Source of the DNA: a virus
Taxonomy: Duplodnaviria; Caudoviricetes
IMG/VR virus record: IMGVR_UViG_3300049142_000128
Location: 13,128 to 77,127 of that record
DNA: 64,000 nucleotides
Strand: one strand, 5' to 3'
The position numbers were made by a program, and so were the translations under genes. The stretch's first letter is position 1; every line of letters begins with the position of its first letter. The notes under the pieces are model-generated. The model saw only the letters and a list, made by a program, of their open reading frames with translations, made no database searches and was not told where the DNA came from. This document shows, in pieces, positions 45,873-54,632 of the stretch.

Positions 45873-46093
45873 GGGAAGACCTCTGGCGCGGCCCGGTGAT
45901 CAGCCCAGAGCCGCCCCCGGCCGTGATGGCGGCGCAGGACGGGCAGGGGTACATCGCCGATCGTCTGCTGGAGCCGTGCGAGTACTGCGGCGACGGCGTC
46001 GGGTCGATCTGGCGGTGGCGGCACAACGGCCGCTCCGAGTGCTGGCTCGACATCGACGGGATCGGGCCGTGGGTAGAGGTTCGCCAGCCATGA
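45869..46093 (+). CDS. Hypothetical protein (CxxC)
   Basis: ATGA overlaps at both ends. Confidence 0.55.
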   Translation: MREDLWRGPVISPEPPPAVMAAQDGQGYIADRLLEPCEYCGDGVGSIWRWRHNGRSECWLDIDGIGPWVEVRQP

Positions 46094-46353
46094 CGGCTGA
46101 GTTGCTCACCGGTCACGTCCCACGTGGAATCGCGTGGTGTCCGTACTGCGGCCGCGAGGTCGACCTCGGCGAGGCCGCCCTCGACGACAACCGCGCCGTC
46201 ACCGAGCTCGCCGAGACCAGCAGCGCAGTAGCGGTGTTACCCCCGCGGCATCACGCGCTGATGCACCGTGTGTCGCGGTGGCCGAGGGTCGGATGGGACG
46301 AGCACCGTTGGCTCGCGGATGGGTACGAGCTACGCCGCGTCCTCGCGGTGTAG
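46090..46353 (+). CDS. Hypothetical protein (CxxC)
   Basis: ATGA overlap; WCPYCG. Confidence 0.55.
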   Translation: MTAELLTGHVPRGIAWCPYCGREVDLGEAALDDNRAVTELAETSSAVAVLPPRHHALMHRVSRWPRVGWDEHRWLADGYELRRVLAV

Positions 46354-46364
46354 CTCACTCCGTC

Positions 46365-47003
46365 CTAGCTGGCGCGCCACCGCGGTCCGATCGGCACGAC
46401 AGGCCCGTCCCACGAGGCCGGAGCGCCCGTGCGCCAGGCGACACGGAGCACAGTCCGGGCGCCTCCGGCCAGCAGCGACGGGCCGTCGGCGTGGTCGACG
46501 AGGGACGGCCACGTGTACCGGACGGGGCGGCGCTGGTTGCGGTACCAGCAGCCGATCCGCTGGTCGTAGGGCAGATGGCACCGCTTCCCCCAGGCGAGGA
46601 GCCCGGCCAGGTCGGCGGCGGGGAGCACGGTGGCGACGCCCCAGAGCAGGGTGTTCGCCTCGAGCCAGGACGCGCCGATCTCGTCGGCCCGCCGGACGGC
46701 GCGGGCGACCTGCTCCGGCCGTGGGCGGGAACGGCCGACGTAGAGCCCGATCGGCCCGTCCGGGTAGGCGGCCACCGCGGCGCCGACGTGCTCGAGCAGG
46801 CCGGGCACCGGCACGGCGTCGTCCTGCACGATCAGCGCGTGCGCGGCGTCCTGCTGCGCCGCCCATGCGAGCGCGCGGGCGTGGGTGGGCCACTCTCCCT
46901 CGCCGAGCCGGTCGACGACGAGGTGCGCGCCCAGCTCGGAGGCGAGCTGCTCGGCGGCGGCGAGCCGGGCCGGGTGGGCGACCACGGCGACGGCGGGGCT
47001 CAC
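46365..47003 (-). CDS. Glycosyltransferase (GT-A, actinophage type)
   Basis: LIVQDDAVP, YTWPSLVDHAD. Confidence 0.8.
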   Translation of the reverse strand: MSPAVAVVAHPARLAAAEQLASELGAHLVVDRLGEGEWPTHARALAWAAQQDAAHALIVQDDAVPVPGLLEHVGAAVAAYPDGPIGLYVGRSRPRPEQVARAVRRADEIGASWLEANTLLWGVATVLPAADLAGLLAWGKRCHLPYDQRIGCWYRNQRRPVRYTWPSLVDHADGPSLLAGGARTVLRVAWRTGAPASWDGPVVPIGPRWRAS

Positions 47004-47935
47004 GCGAGGGCCTCGACGGCGCGGACGAAGGCGTCGAGCTCGGGCCGCGGGTCCAGCTCGGCCGCGCGGGCGCGGGCACGCCGGGAGGCGACTTCGTCGT
47101 CGTAGAGCCGCCGGATCGCGGTCCCCCACGCGTCGACGTCGTCCCGGTCGATGAAGGTTCCGGCACCGGCGAGGGACTCCCGCAGCCCCGGTGTGGGGTG
47201 CGCGATCACGGGGATCCCGGAGTGCATCGCCTCGACCCCGACCATCCCCCACGACTCGTAGTCCGACGGCATCAGCAGCAGGCGGGTGCGCGCCCACACG
47301 TCCCGGCGCATGTCCGCGGTGTGCGGCTGCCACACGACGTTCGGAAGGTCGGGGCGCCGGAGCTGCTCGTCGCGCTGGTAACCGCCCTCAACGGCGAGGA
47401 ACCGGTGCTCCGGCAGGCGCTCGGCGAGCGCGTAGAACGTCGCAGCACCCTTCGCGGGGATCGGGTTGACCAGCGTGATCATGTCGCCGCGGGTGGTGAC
47501 GTGCTGCTCGCCCCACACCGGCGGGTGCACGACGAGCGCGCGGGCTCGGCGGCCGTGGGCGCGGTGCAGCCAACGCGTGTTGTAGACGACGAGCGCGGAC
47601 CGGCGGGCGAGGAACCGGGCGGTGAGCCGGTTCGTGTTGTGCACGACCTGGACGGCGGGCCGGCGGGTGCGGTGCGCCCAGTCGAGGATCCGGCCGGTCT
47701 CCTTGTGGTGGCCGATGCCGACGTCGTAGGCCTCGGTGCGGAGCCGGTCGAGGTGCTCGGCGCCCTGGTGCACGAGTACGCCGTCGAGGTCGACGGTCGG
47801 GCCGTCCTGCTCGGTGACGATCAGTTCCGGGTGGTGGCCGGCGCGGGCGAGCGCGGCGAGGAGTTCGTGCAGCATCAGCTCCGACCCGCCCCGGTTGGCC
47901 GGGAGCCCGTAGTGGGCGACCGCGACGATCCGCAC
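47000..47935 (-). CDS. Glycosyltransferase family 4 (GT-B)
   Basis: GGSELML, LLMPSDYESWGMVGVEAMHSGIPVIA. Confidence 0.88.
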   Translation of the reverse strand: MRIVAVAHYGLPANRGGSELMLHELLAALARAGHHPELIVTEQDGPTVDLDGVLVHQGAEHLDRLRTEAYDVGIGHHKETGRILDWAHRTRRPAVQVVHNTNRLTARFLARRSALVVYNTRWLHRAHGRRARALVVHPPVWGEQHVTTRGDMITLVNPIPAKGAATFYALAERLPEHRFLAVEGGYQRDEQLRRPDLPNVVWQPHTADMRRDVWARTRLLLMPSDYESWGMVGVEAMHSGIPVIAHPTPGLRESLAGAGTFIDRDDVDAWGTAIRRLYDDEVASRRARARAAELDPRPELDAFVRAVEALA

Positions 47936-47936
47936 G

Positions 47937-48602
47937 TCAGCGCCCGGCGATGAGCTGCCGCATCCCGCGCGGGTTGCGGCGCAGGCCGCGGTAGCGGTTC
48001 TGCCGGGCGATGTTCCGCCGGTACTGCTGGGAGGTGCGGTCCATCTCCGAGGGGTGCCAGAGCCCGTAGAGCGTGCCGTCGTGCCTGACGGTCTGGCCGA
48101 GGAGCGCGTCGCAGGCGTGGCGGAACGCGACGTCCTCGCCGCCCCACCCGTGGAACCCCTCGTCCTGCCCGCCGGCCTCCCAGTAGGCGTCGTGGTCGAT
48201 GACGAGCACGCCGCCGACGCTGTTGGTGGTGACGAGCTCGGGCTTCCCGATTCCGGCTGGCTGTGCTCCCTGCAGGAGCACGCGGAGGGTCTGCTCCCGC
48301 GTCAGCCCGGCGAAGATCGTGTAGGGCAGGTGCAGCAGGCCGTCGCCGGCGGCCTCGATCGCGGCCTCGACCGGCTCCCGCTCGGGCAGCGAGTCCGCGT
48401 CGCACACCACGACCACCCCGGAGCCGGCCTCGCGGACGCCCGCGTTTCTGGCCGCCGACCGGTTGAACGGCTCGTGGCCGCTGTCGGCGACGACGAGCCG
48501 CGCGCCGGGCAGGATGCGCTGCAGGTGGCCGCGGGTGTAGTCGGCCGCGACCTCCCGGTCGACCTGGCCACCGCGGAACGGGACGACGACCGTCACGCGC
48601 AT
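47937..48602 (-). CDS. Glycosyltransferase (GT2/GT7-like)
   Basis: VVVPFR, FNRSAARN, CDAD, GQDEGFHGWGGED. Confidence 0.88.
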   Translation of the reverse strand: MRVTVVVPFRGGQVDREVAADYTRGHLQRILPGARLVVADSGHEPFNRSAARNAGVREAGSGVVVVCDADSLPEREPVEAAIEAAGDGLLHLPYTIFAGLTREQTLRVLLQGAQPAGIGKPELVTTNSVGGVLVIDHDAYWEAGGQDEGFHGWGGEDVAFRHACDALLGQTVRHDGTLYGLWHPSEMDRTSQQYRRNIARQNRYRGLRRNPRGMRQLIAGR

Positions 48603-49123
48603 GCCGCGACGCTCCACAGGTAGTAGCCGAGGACGTCGCCGCGCACGCTGTCGACGACGCCGCGGCCGAGCGCGTCGAGCATCTCGTCGTGGCCCCAGTG
48701 GTCGCGGTGGATCTCGAACCAGTTCCCGCCGACCGCGTCCTGCGCGTGGTGGGCGAGCGGGATCGAGACCAGCAGGTTGTCGGCCCACGCCTGCAGCAGC
48801 CGCAGCACCGAGCGGGCCTCCGGCTTCGCCATGTGCTCGAGGACGTCGCCGATGATGACGAGGTCGGGGGCGTAGGTGATCGAGTGCAGGTCGACGTGGC
48901 GGACGTCGGCGACGATCACGTGGTTGTACTTCGTCCAGAGGTCGTGCTCGGCGATGTACGGGGCCCAGGCCTCGACGGCCTTCCACGTCGCACCGGGGGT
49001 GTGCTCGCGGGCCAGGTCGCTGTAGGTGCCGGCACCGGGGCCGATGTCGACGACCACCTTCGGGGCGAGGTCGCGGATGCGGTCGAGGGCCCACTGCTTG
49101 TTCTCGGTGTCGGAGATCGGCAC
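48593..49123 (-). CDS. Class I SAM-dependent methyltransferase
   Basis: VVDIGPGAG, GDVLEHM. Confidence 0.85.
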   Translation of the reverse strand: MPISDTENKQWALDRIRDLAPKVVVDIGPGAGTYSDLAREHTPGATWKAVEAWAPYIAEHDLWTKYNHVIVADVRHVDLHSITYAPDLVIIGDVLEHMAKPEARSVLRLLQAWADNLLVSIPLAHHAQDAVGGNWFEIHRDHWGHDEMLDALGRGVVDSVRGDVLGYYLWSVAACA

Positions 49124-49163
49124 GACCCGGAGCCTGCTCGCGGGCAGGGCGCGGGTGGCTCGT

Positions 49164-49174
49164 AGACGCGAGTC
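49164..49174 (-). promoter_or_regulatory. Late-region motif GACTCGCGTCT
   Basis: 27 nt before CAGGCT; GTG at 49123 lies 8 nt from the final T. Confidence 0.65.
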
Positions 49175-49198
49175 GAGGCCGACCGATAGACATGCATC

Positions 49199-49357
49199 GT
49201 GAACGAGCAGACCCAGCCCACCACGCCGTTCCTCGCGCTCGTCTGCGTCGTGGCCGCTGGCGCCTTGTGCGCTGTCGCGGCCTCCCCCGTCGGCGATGGG
49301 ATCCGCATCGCCTGGGACGCCCTCACCCTCTGGGCTGCGGCCCTGATCGGAGCCTGA
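49199..49357 (+). CDS. Small membrane protein (52 aa)
   Basis: MNEQTQPTTPFLALVCVVAAGALCAVAA...; not in the ORF track. Confidence 0.45.
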   Translation: MNEQTQPTTPFLALVCVVAAGALCAVAASPVGDGIRIAWDALTLWAAALIGA

Positions 49358-49359
49358 CT

Positions 49360-49668
49360 ATGACCGACGCCCCGCTCATCGCCACCCCGCAGGCCTACCC
49401 ACTCGTCTGCCGAACGACCGACAACCAGCGCTACCTCGTCGTCGGCTGGACTGCTTCGGGCATCGCGGTTGGCGTGCTGCAGACGACGAGCCTCGCGCAG
49501 CCGAAGGTCGCCTACGGCGCGGAGGAAATCGTCGGCGAGCTGACCTTCCACATGGGCGGCATGAGCGTTTCGGTCGACGGCGACATCTCCACGAGCGTGA
49601 CTGGGGACCTCACCGTTGATGGCACGCGGTCCGACGGCGCGATCGCCATCGTCGACATCGATCGTTGA
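49360..49668 (+). CDS. Hypothetical protein
   Basis: NQRYLVVGW beta-rich ORF. Confidence 0.55.
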   Translation: MTDAPLIATPQAYPLVCRTTDNQRYLVVGWTASGIAVGVLQTTSLAQPKVAYGAEEIVGELTFHMGGMSVSVDGDISTSVTGDLTVDGTRSDGAIAIVDIDR

Positions 49669-49690
49669 CCTGGCCCTCGTAACGCCGAAG

Positions 49691-49885
49691 TCAAGCCCCT
49701 CGATCAGGGGGCGTGGCTTCTGGCTGTAGAGACTGCTCTGCCTGCACTCGCTCCCTGGTCTTCAAGATGATGGTGCTGTTCTGCTGGACCTGGTACGGGT
49801 GGATGTTCACGATGTGGATGCGGCGCTGCCCGCAGTGCCGGCACGGCCTCGGCCGCCACGCGCGCCGCGCCGACGGCTCGTTCAA
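49691..49885 (-). CDS. Possible small protein
   Basis: CRHC motif; weak support. Confidence 0.3.
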   Translation of the reverse strand: MNEPSARRAWRPRPCRHCGQRRIHIVNIHPYQVQQNSTIILKTRERVQAEQSLQPEATPPDRGA

Positions 49886-49905
49886 GGACTGAGCGGGAGA
49901 CCCCG

Positions 49906-50265
49906 ATGCTCGCGATCATCGCCCGGAGCGGGCCGCCCGAGGCCCAGAACTGCGCCGCAATCCTCTGCGACCAGTGTCTCGAACCGATCGCTGGCCTTCA
50001 GGGCGGCGACGGCAAGGGCGGCATGGTCATCTTCCGTACGGGGACCGATGGCCGACAGGAGCTCGCCACGCTGCACAAGGGCCGGTGCGACCGCACGTAC
50101 GAGGCCGCCCACCCAGGCCCGCGCTGGAGCTGGCAGGAGATGCAGGAGTTCATGCGATTCCTCGCCATGAACACCGCCGAGCCCTTCCCGCTTGAGGACA
50201 ACGTCGAGTATGTCGCCCCGGCGCCTTCCCGCTGGCGCCTCGGCGAATACCGACGCCGCTCGTAG
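49906..50265 (+). CDS. Hypothetical protein (CxxC, H, C)
   Basis: ILCDQCLEPI...LHKGRCD; SD GGGAG. Confidence 0.65.
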   Translation: MLAIIARSGPPEAQNCAAILCDQCLEPIAGLQGGDGKGGMVIFRTGTDGRQELATLHKGRCDRTYEAAHPGPRWSWQEMQEFMRFLAMNTAEPFPLEDNVEYVAPAPSRWRLGEYRRRS

Positions 50266-50267
50266 CG

Positions 50268-50363
50268 TCACCACCACCGGGCGGGCCAGAACCAGACGAT
50301 CACCCACAGCACGACGGCGACGACGAGCCCGATCACTAACGCGGCCGCCCACCAGCGCGGCAT
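50268..50363 (-). CDS. 31-aa Trp-rich hydrophobic peptide
   Basis: MPRWWAAALVIGLVVAVVLWVIVWFWPARWW; not in the ORF track. Confidence 0.45.
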   Translation of the reverse strand: MPRWWAAALVIGLVVAVVLWVIVWFWPARWW

Positions 50364-50386
50364 CGCTACGGCGCTCCGCCGATGCG

Positions 50387-50426
50387 GAACGACCCGGCCG
50401 CCGAGGGGATCGCGGCCGGGTCGTTC
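50387..50426. other. 15-bp perfect hairpin (terminator or 5' UTR stem)
   Basis: GAACGACCCGGCCGC-N10-GCGGCCGGGTCGTTC. Confidence 0.7.
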
Positions 50427-50467
50427 ACGCCGGGGAGCGTCGATGGCGCGCTGCGCGCCGACTAGGT

Positions 50468-50478
50468 AGACGCGAGTC
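50468..50478 (-). promoter_or_regulatory. Late-region motif GACTCGCGTCT
   Basis: 26 nt before GACGCT. Confidence 0.6.
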
Positions 50479-50770
50479 AGGCGTCCGCGCCGTACGCGGC
50501 GTCGCGGGCCTTCCGCAGGGTCCGGATCAGCCGGTTGATCCCCTCGCGGTCGAGGTCGAGCCAGAGGCTGTCGGTCTCGCCGCCGGTGTCGCCCTGGTCG
50601 ATGCGGATCTTCGCGGCCGGTCCGGCCGTGACTCCGACCTGGACACCGCGGTCCGAGGACCAGCCGACGGCGAGGTGCTCGACCGGGTAGTTCTGCAGCA
50701 CCGTCGAGCTGGCGTCGTCGTCGAGCCGCACGCGGAGCGCCTCGGGGCTGTAGATGAGTTCCTTGGGCAT
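50477..50770 (-). CDS. Hypothetical phage protein
   Basis: MPKE...LDREGINRLIRTLRKARDAAYGAD; SD GGAGGT. Confidence 0.75.
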   Translation of the reverse strand: MPKELIYSPEALRVRLDDDASSTVLQNYPVEHLAVGWSSDRGVQVGVTAGPAAKIRIDQGDTGGETDSLWLDLDREGINRLIRTLRKARDAAYGADA

Positions 50771-50857
50771 CACGCCCACCTCCATCACGGAGTCCAGCCG
50801 CCCCCTCGCGGGGCGGGACCGGGTCACGGTCGTGCGGCGCGTCCTGTGCGTCGGGTG

Positions 50858-50868
50858 AGTCGCGAGTC
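50858..50868 (-). promoter_or_regulatory. Late-region motif GACTCGCGACT
   Basis: 26 nt before GACCGT. Confidence 0.6.
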
Positions 50869-50908
50869 CTCTGGGCGGCACCGAAAGAATGCCCCGGTGA
50901 TCAGGGAC

Positions 50909-51565
50909 ATGGTGCTGGACGCTGCGGGGCAGCCACCCGACGTGACCTGGTTCGGTCTCGATCCGGGAGACGTCGTCGCGATCGCGGCCGGCGTCATCGC
51001 GTTGGCGGCGTTGGTCGTCTCGATGGTCTCGACGGCTGCTGCACGCGACTCGGCCGCGGCGGCGAAGGCGTCGGCCCAGGCGGAGGCGCAGGCGCTGCAG
51101 CTCGCGGTTGCTGCGGCCGAGCGCGAGGCCGCAGCGAGGTATGAGGCGGAGGGCCCGCGGTTCCAGGCGAGCGGCACCTTCTTCGTCGGGGAGAGGGATT
51201 ACGCGACGGTCCTGCTGATGATGATCGGCGGACCCCCGCGCGTGAACCTGTCGATCGAGCTGAAGCCGGATGCGTGGTGCCTCGGCTTCGTCCACGGCGA
51301 GCAGCACTGGAGCCACGATCACGAGTTCCGTGACGTCGCGCCGGGCGTGCCGATCCAGTTCCGCGTCGGCCTGATGCTCGAACGTCCCGACCCCGTGACC
51401 GCGGTGAACGCGGCGCTCGGCGTCGCACAAACCAACCGCGTCGACACCACGAGCCACCACCTCCCGATGCTCATGTATGTCACCGCCGTAGACGCGGCCG
51501 ACGAGTCGCGTTCGTGGGACCGCGACGTCCCTGTGGTGGTGTTCCGCTGGCAGCCGCCGGCCTAG
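50909..51565 (+). CDS. Moron-like membrane protein (TM, coiled coil, beta domain)
   Basis: VVAIAAGVIALAALVVS TM; opposite strand within the head operon; start uncertain. Confidence 0.6.
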   Translation: MVLDAAGQPPDVTWFGLDPGDVVAIAAGVIALAALVVSMVSTAAARDSAAAAKASAQAEAQALQLAVAAAEREAAARYEAEGPRFQASGTFFVGERDYATVLLMMIGGPPRVNLSIELKPDAWCLGFVHGEQHWSHDHEFRDVAPGVPIQFRVGLMLERPDPVTAVNAALGVAQTNRVDTTSHHLPMLMYVTAVDAADESRSWDRDVPVVVFRWQPPA

Positions 51566-54375
51566 CGGTTACGCCGGTCGCCCGGCCAGAATCCGACAGC
51601 GTCCCGGTGCAACTGGGCACACATGCCGCCCACCATGCGCTCCGGGACGCCGTGCCCGCGGGCCTGCGCCATGCACCGGGTCATGTCCCCGGGGCTGCCC
51701 CAGGCGATGCGGGCGGCGACCTCTCCGCGCAGGTACGACTCGCGCAGCTGCGGCGGCATCCGGGAGAGGTACTCCTCGACCTCGGCCTCGTCGACGTCGT
51801 CGTCGAGCGCGGCGAGCAGCTCGGCCGCGCGGTGCGGGGAGTCGTCGAGCTCGGCGAGCAGCGCCGCGGCGCGGTCGGGGGTGTCGTCGAGCTGCTCGAG
51901 GAGCTCAGCACGCCGAGCAGACAGCTCCCCTGCGGCGCGGCGCTGCTCCAGCCTGGCGGCGACCGCGTCGGCGAAGTCCTCCGCGTCCGGCAGGTGCCCG
52001 TTGGGCTTCACCAGGCTGCCGGCCTGGTCGTAGAACCGGATCCGGCCGTCACCGCCGACTTCCACGCGGGGGCCGATAAGCGCGCCGGTGGTGATCTTCC
52101 CGACGACGAGGGACTCGATCGGCGCCCCGGCCGGGAGGGCTCCGGCGGCGACCAGGGCCTGCGGCTCCCCCGACGCGACGCGGGCGCGCGGAACGGGGAA
52201 GCCGGGCACGTTCACGGCGAGCAGCGCGACCAACTCGAGGCCGCCGCCGACGCGCCGCCAGTCCCCGGAGAGCGCGGAGGCGCGCAGCCGGGCCGCGGTC
52301 TGCTCGTCCACCGTTGGCCGGAGCGCGCCGGCGACCCAGATTCCGTAGGCGTCCTCCCCGACGGCGACGTCCGCGACCACGGCGCCCGTGTGGTCGTAGT
52401 GCGCGGCGGCGGCCTGGCGGGACATGCTCGTCGGTGCGTGCCCGGTGTCCATCGTGATCGATCCGACCGGGACCTCGGTGCCGTCGTCGCACAGCAGCGC
52501 GCCGGTGGCGAAGTAGGCGTAGCCGGAGCGCGAGCGGGGCGCGGTGACGCACTGCTGCGGGAACCCGATGTGGCAGGTCCCGAACACGGCGGCGTGGCCT
52601 CGGATCCGGCCGTCCTCGTCGATCGTGAGCGGCGTCGGGCCGTCGAGCTGCGGGTCGGTGAACCACGCTGCCGGTCGGCGGACGGCGCCGGCGGCGACGA
52701 TGACCTCGTCGACGGGCTCGTCGGGCTGCACGATCTCGACGACCTGCGTCACCTCGCCGCCGGCTTCGGTGATCCGCTCGCGGGCCTGCTGCTCGTGCTC
52801 GTCGCACACCGGCACGTACGCCTGGCCGCCGTCGAACAGCAGCGACCTCACGGCGGGGTGCTCGCCGAACTCGCACGGCTGCGGCGCGTCCGGCAGCCCG
52901 ACCTCGTCGGCCGGCTCGAGCACGACGTCCTCGGCGGCGGCCGCGTAGAGGAGGTCCTCGCCGGGTTCCTCGTCGTCGGGGTCTTCCGCGCGGGGCTCGC
53001 CGAGCGGGTAGTCGGTGATCTCCTCGCCGAGGGCGACACGCAGCCGGTCGAACTCGACCGGGCCGACGTACGACAGGGCGGCGGGGTCGAGCCCGTAGCC
53101 CGCGGTGACGTGCGGGAGGAACACGGGGTGCTCGGACACGTCGAACGCGGCGGCCTCGCCCTTGAGCGTCGGCAGCATGTCGCCGGAGACGAGGTAGACC
53201 GCGCAGGGCTCGCGGTCGTTCGCGCCGGTGGGGTTGAACGCGGCGTGCCCCATCACCTCGGCCTCGACGGGCGGGGTGGCCTCGGCGAGTCGGCGGACGG
53301 CGTCGAGCACGGCGGTGCGCTGCTCGTCGCTCCAGCCGGTGACGTCCTCTCCGAGGTAGGCGAGCGTGAGGTGCAGCTGCTCGGGAGGGTCGCCGCCCTC
53401 AACGACCAGCGCGCCGGGGTCGGCCGGGACGAGCGCGATCATCCCGCCGGTGTGCGGGCCGTCGGCGGCCGCGAGCACGGCGGGCGGCTCGTCGTCGACG
53501 TCGACCTCGTCGGGGTCGGCCCAGTTCTCGCGGATGTAGTCGAGGATCGCCGCGGCGAGCTGCTCGGCGTCCCGCTCGGCCCCGCTGTCGATGACGGTGC
53601 GAAGCTGCTCGGCCGCGTCGGCCGGCACGGTCACGTCCGACAGGTCCCCAGCCGCGACGAGCCCCGCGAGGCACAGGCCGCATTCGTCGCCGACCTCCGA
53701 CGACCGCCACGCAGGCACGGCGGAGGCGAGCAGCCCGTCGGGCAGCTCCTCGACCGTGATCGGCTCCGGGACGGTCGCCTCGTCCTCGAGCTCCATGTAC
53801 GCGTCGCCGAACGCGGGGATCGGCACCAGCGTCGCGGCGGCGATCTCGGCGGCGTGGGTGATGAGCTGCCGGGCCGGGTTGTCCGGGTCGACCGGCAGGC
53901 CGGGGTCGTCCTCGGACATGGGCATGCCGAGGATGTCGTAGTCCATCCCGACCAGATCGACGGAGACGCCGCGCAGGTAGCGGCGGCGCACCAGGTTGCC
54001 GAGGTTGCGGCCGTCGATGTCGATGCTCGGGTCGATCGCGCCGGTCGCCGACCACACGTAGGTGCCGTCGGGGAACGGCTCGCCGGTGCGGCGGGAGACG
54101 ACCTCGGGCCCGGGGATCCGCTCGAGGGTGTCGATGCGGCCGACGATGACGGCCGGGCCGGGCTCGTCGCCGCCGTGCGCGGACTCCGTCTGCGCGAGCA
54201 GCGACAGCGGCAGGGCCCGGTGCGTGAGCGCGCCGGCCTCGATGAACCGGCCGTCCGAGGTGTCCATGCCCTCGAGGACGAGCACCGGGAAGCGGACGCG
54301 CCACTCTCCCGTGGCGGTCTCCTCGAGCAGCTCGACGGGCTCGACCGCCTCGACGGTCTGGGTCGGTGCGGTCAT
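51562..54375 (-). CDS. Prohead (maturation) protease with inserted 2H phosphoesterase domain (937 aa)
   Basis: EGMDTSDGR...GVSVD protease region; HLT (53365-53373) and HVT (53104-53112) 2H motifs; GHAAVFGTCHIG...SGDWR...AVNVPGF region. Confidence 0.75.
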   Translation of the reverse strand: MTAPTQTVEAVEPVELLEETATGEWRVRFPVLVLEGMDTSDGRFIEAGALTHRALPLSLLAQTESAHGGDEPGPAVIVGRIDTLERIPGPEVVSRRTGEPFPDGTYVWSATGAIDPSIDIDGRNLGNLVRRRYLRGVSVDLVGMDYDILGMPMSEDDPGLPVDPDNPARQLITHAAEIAAATLVPIPAFGDAYMELEDEATVPEPITVEELPDGLLASAVPAWRSSEVGDECGLCLAGLVAAGDLSDVTVPADAAEQLRTVIDSGAERDAEQLAAAILDYIRENWADPDEVDVDDEPPAVLAAADGPHTGGMIALVPADPGALVVEGGDPPEQLHLTLAYLGEDVTGWSDEQRTAVLDAVRRLAEATPPVEAEVMGHAAFNPTGANDREPCAVYLVSGDMLPTLKGEAAAFDVSEHPVFLPHVTAGYGLDPAALSYVGPVEFDRLRVALGEEITDYPLGEPRAEDPDDEEPGEDLLYAAAAEDVVLEPADEVGLPDAPQPCEFGEHPAVRSLLFDGGQAYVPVCDEHEQQARERITEAGGEVTQVVEIVQPDEPVDEVIVAAGAVRRPAAWFTDPQLDGPTPLTIDEDGRIRGHAAVFGTCHIGFPQQCVTAPRSRSGYAYFATGALLCDDGTEVPVGSITMDTGHAPTSMSRQAAAAHYDHTGAVVADVAVGEDAYGIWVAGALRPTVDEQTAARLRASALSGDWRRVGGGLELVALLAVNVPGFPVPRARVASGEPQALVAAGALPAGAPIESLVVGKITTGALIGPRVEVGGDGRIRFYDQAGSLVKPNGHLPDAEDFADAVAARLEQRRAAGELSARRAELLEQLDDTPDRAAALLAELDDSPHRAAELLAALDDDVDEAEVEEYLSRMPPQLRESYLRGEVAARIAWGSPGDMTRCMAQARGHGVPERMVGGMCAQLHRDAVGFWPGDRRNR

Positions 54376-54632
54376 GCCTGCTCCTCCTCGACGCGCTCCG
54401 GCCAATGCCAGGTGCCGCCCGTCTTGTCCTGCTCGTCCTGCAGGCACATCTGGTTGAAGAACATCCCGGTCGGGTTGAGCACGACGAGGGACGCGAACAC
54501 GTCGCCGGGCTCGTTCTGCTCGGGGTGCTCGTCGAGCCCGGCGATGATCGCGGCGCGGCACTGGGAGGTGTACTCGCCGCCCGGGGTGCCGTAGCTGACG
54601 TAGTGCACGATGCGGCCGATGCTCGGCTTCAC
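54372..54632 (-). CDS. Hypothetical phage protein
   Basis: KPSIGRIVHY...GTWHWPER; coupled at both ends. Confidence 0.75.
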   Translation of the reverse strand: MKPSIGRIVHYVSYGTPGGEYTSQCRAAIIAGLDEHPEQNEPGDVFASLVVLNPTGMFFNQMCLQDEQDKTGGTWHWPERVEEEQA

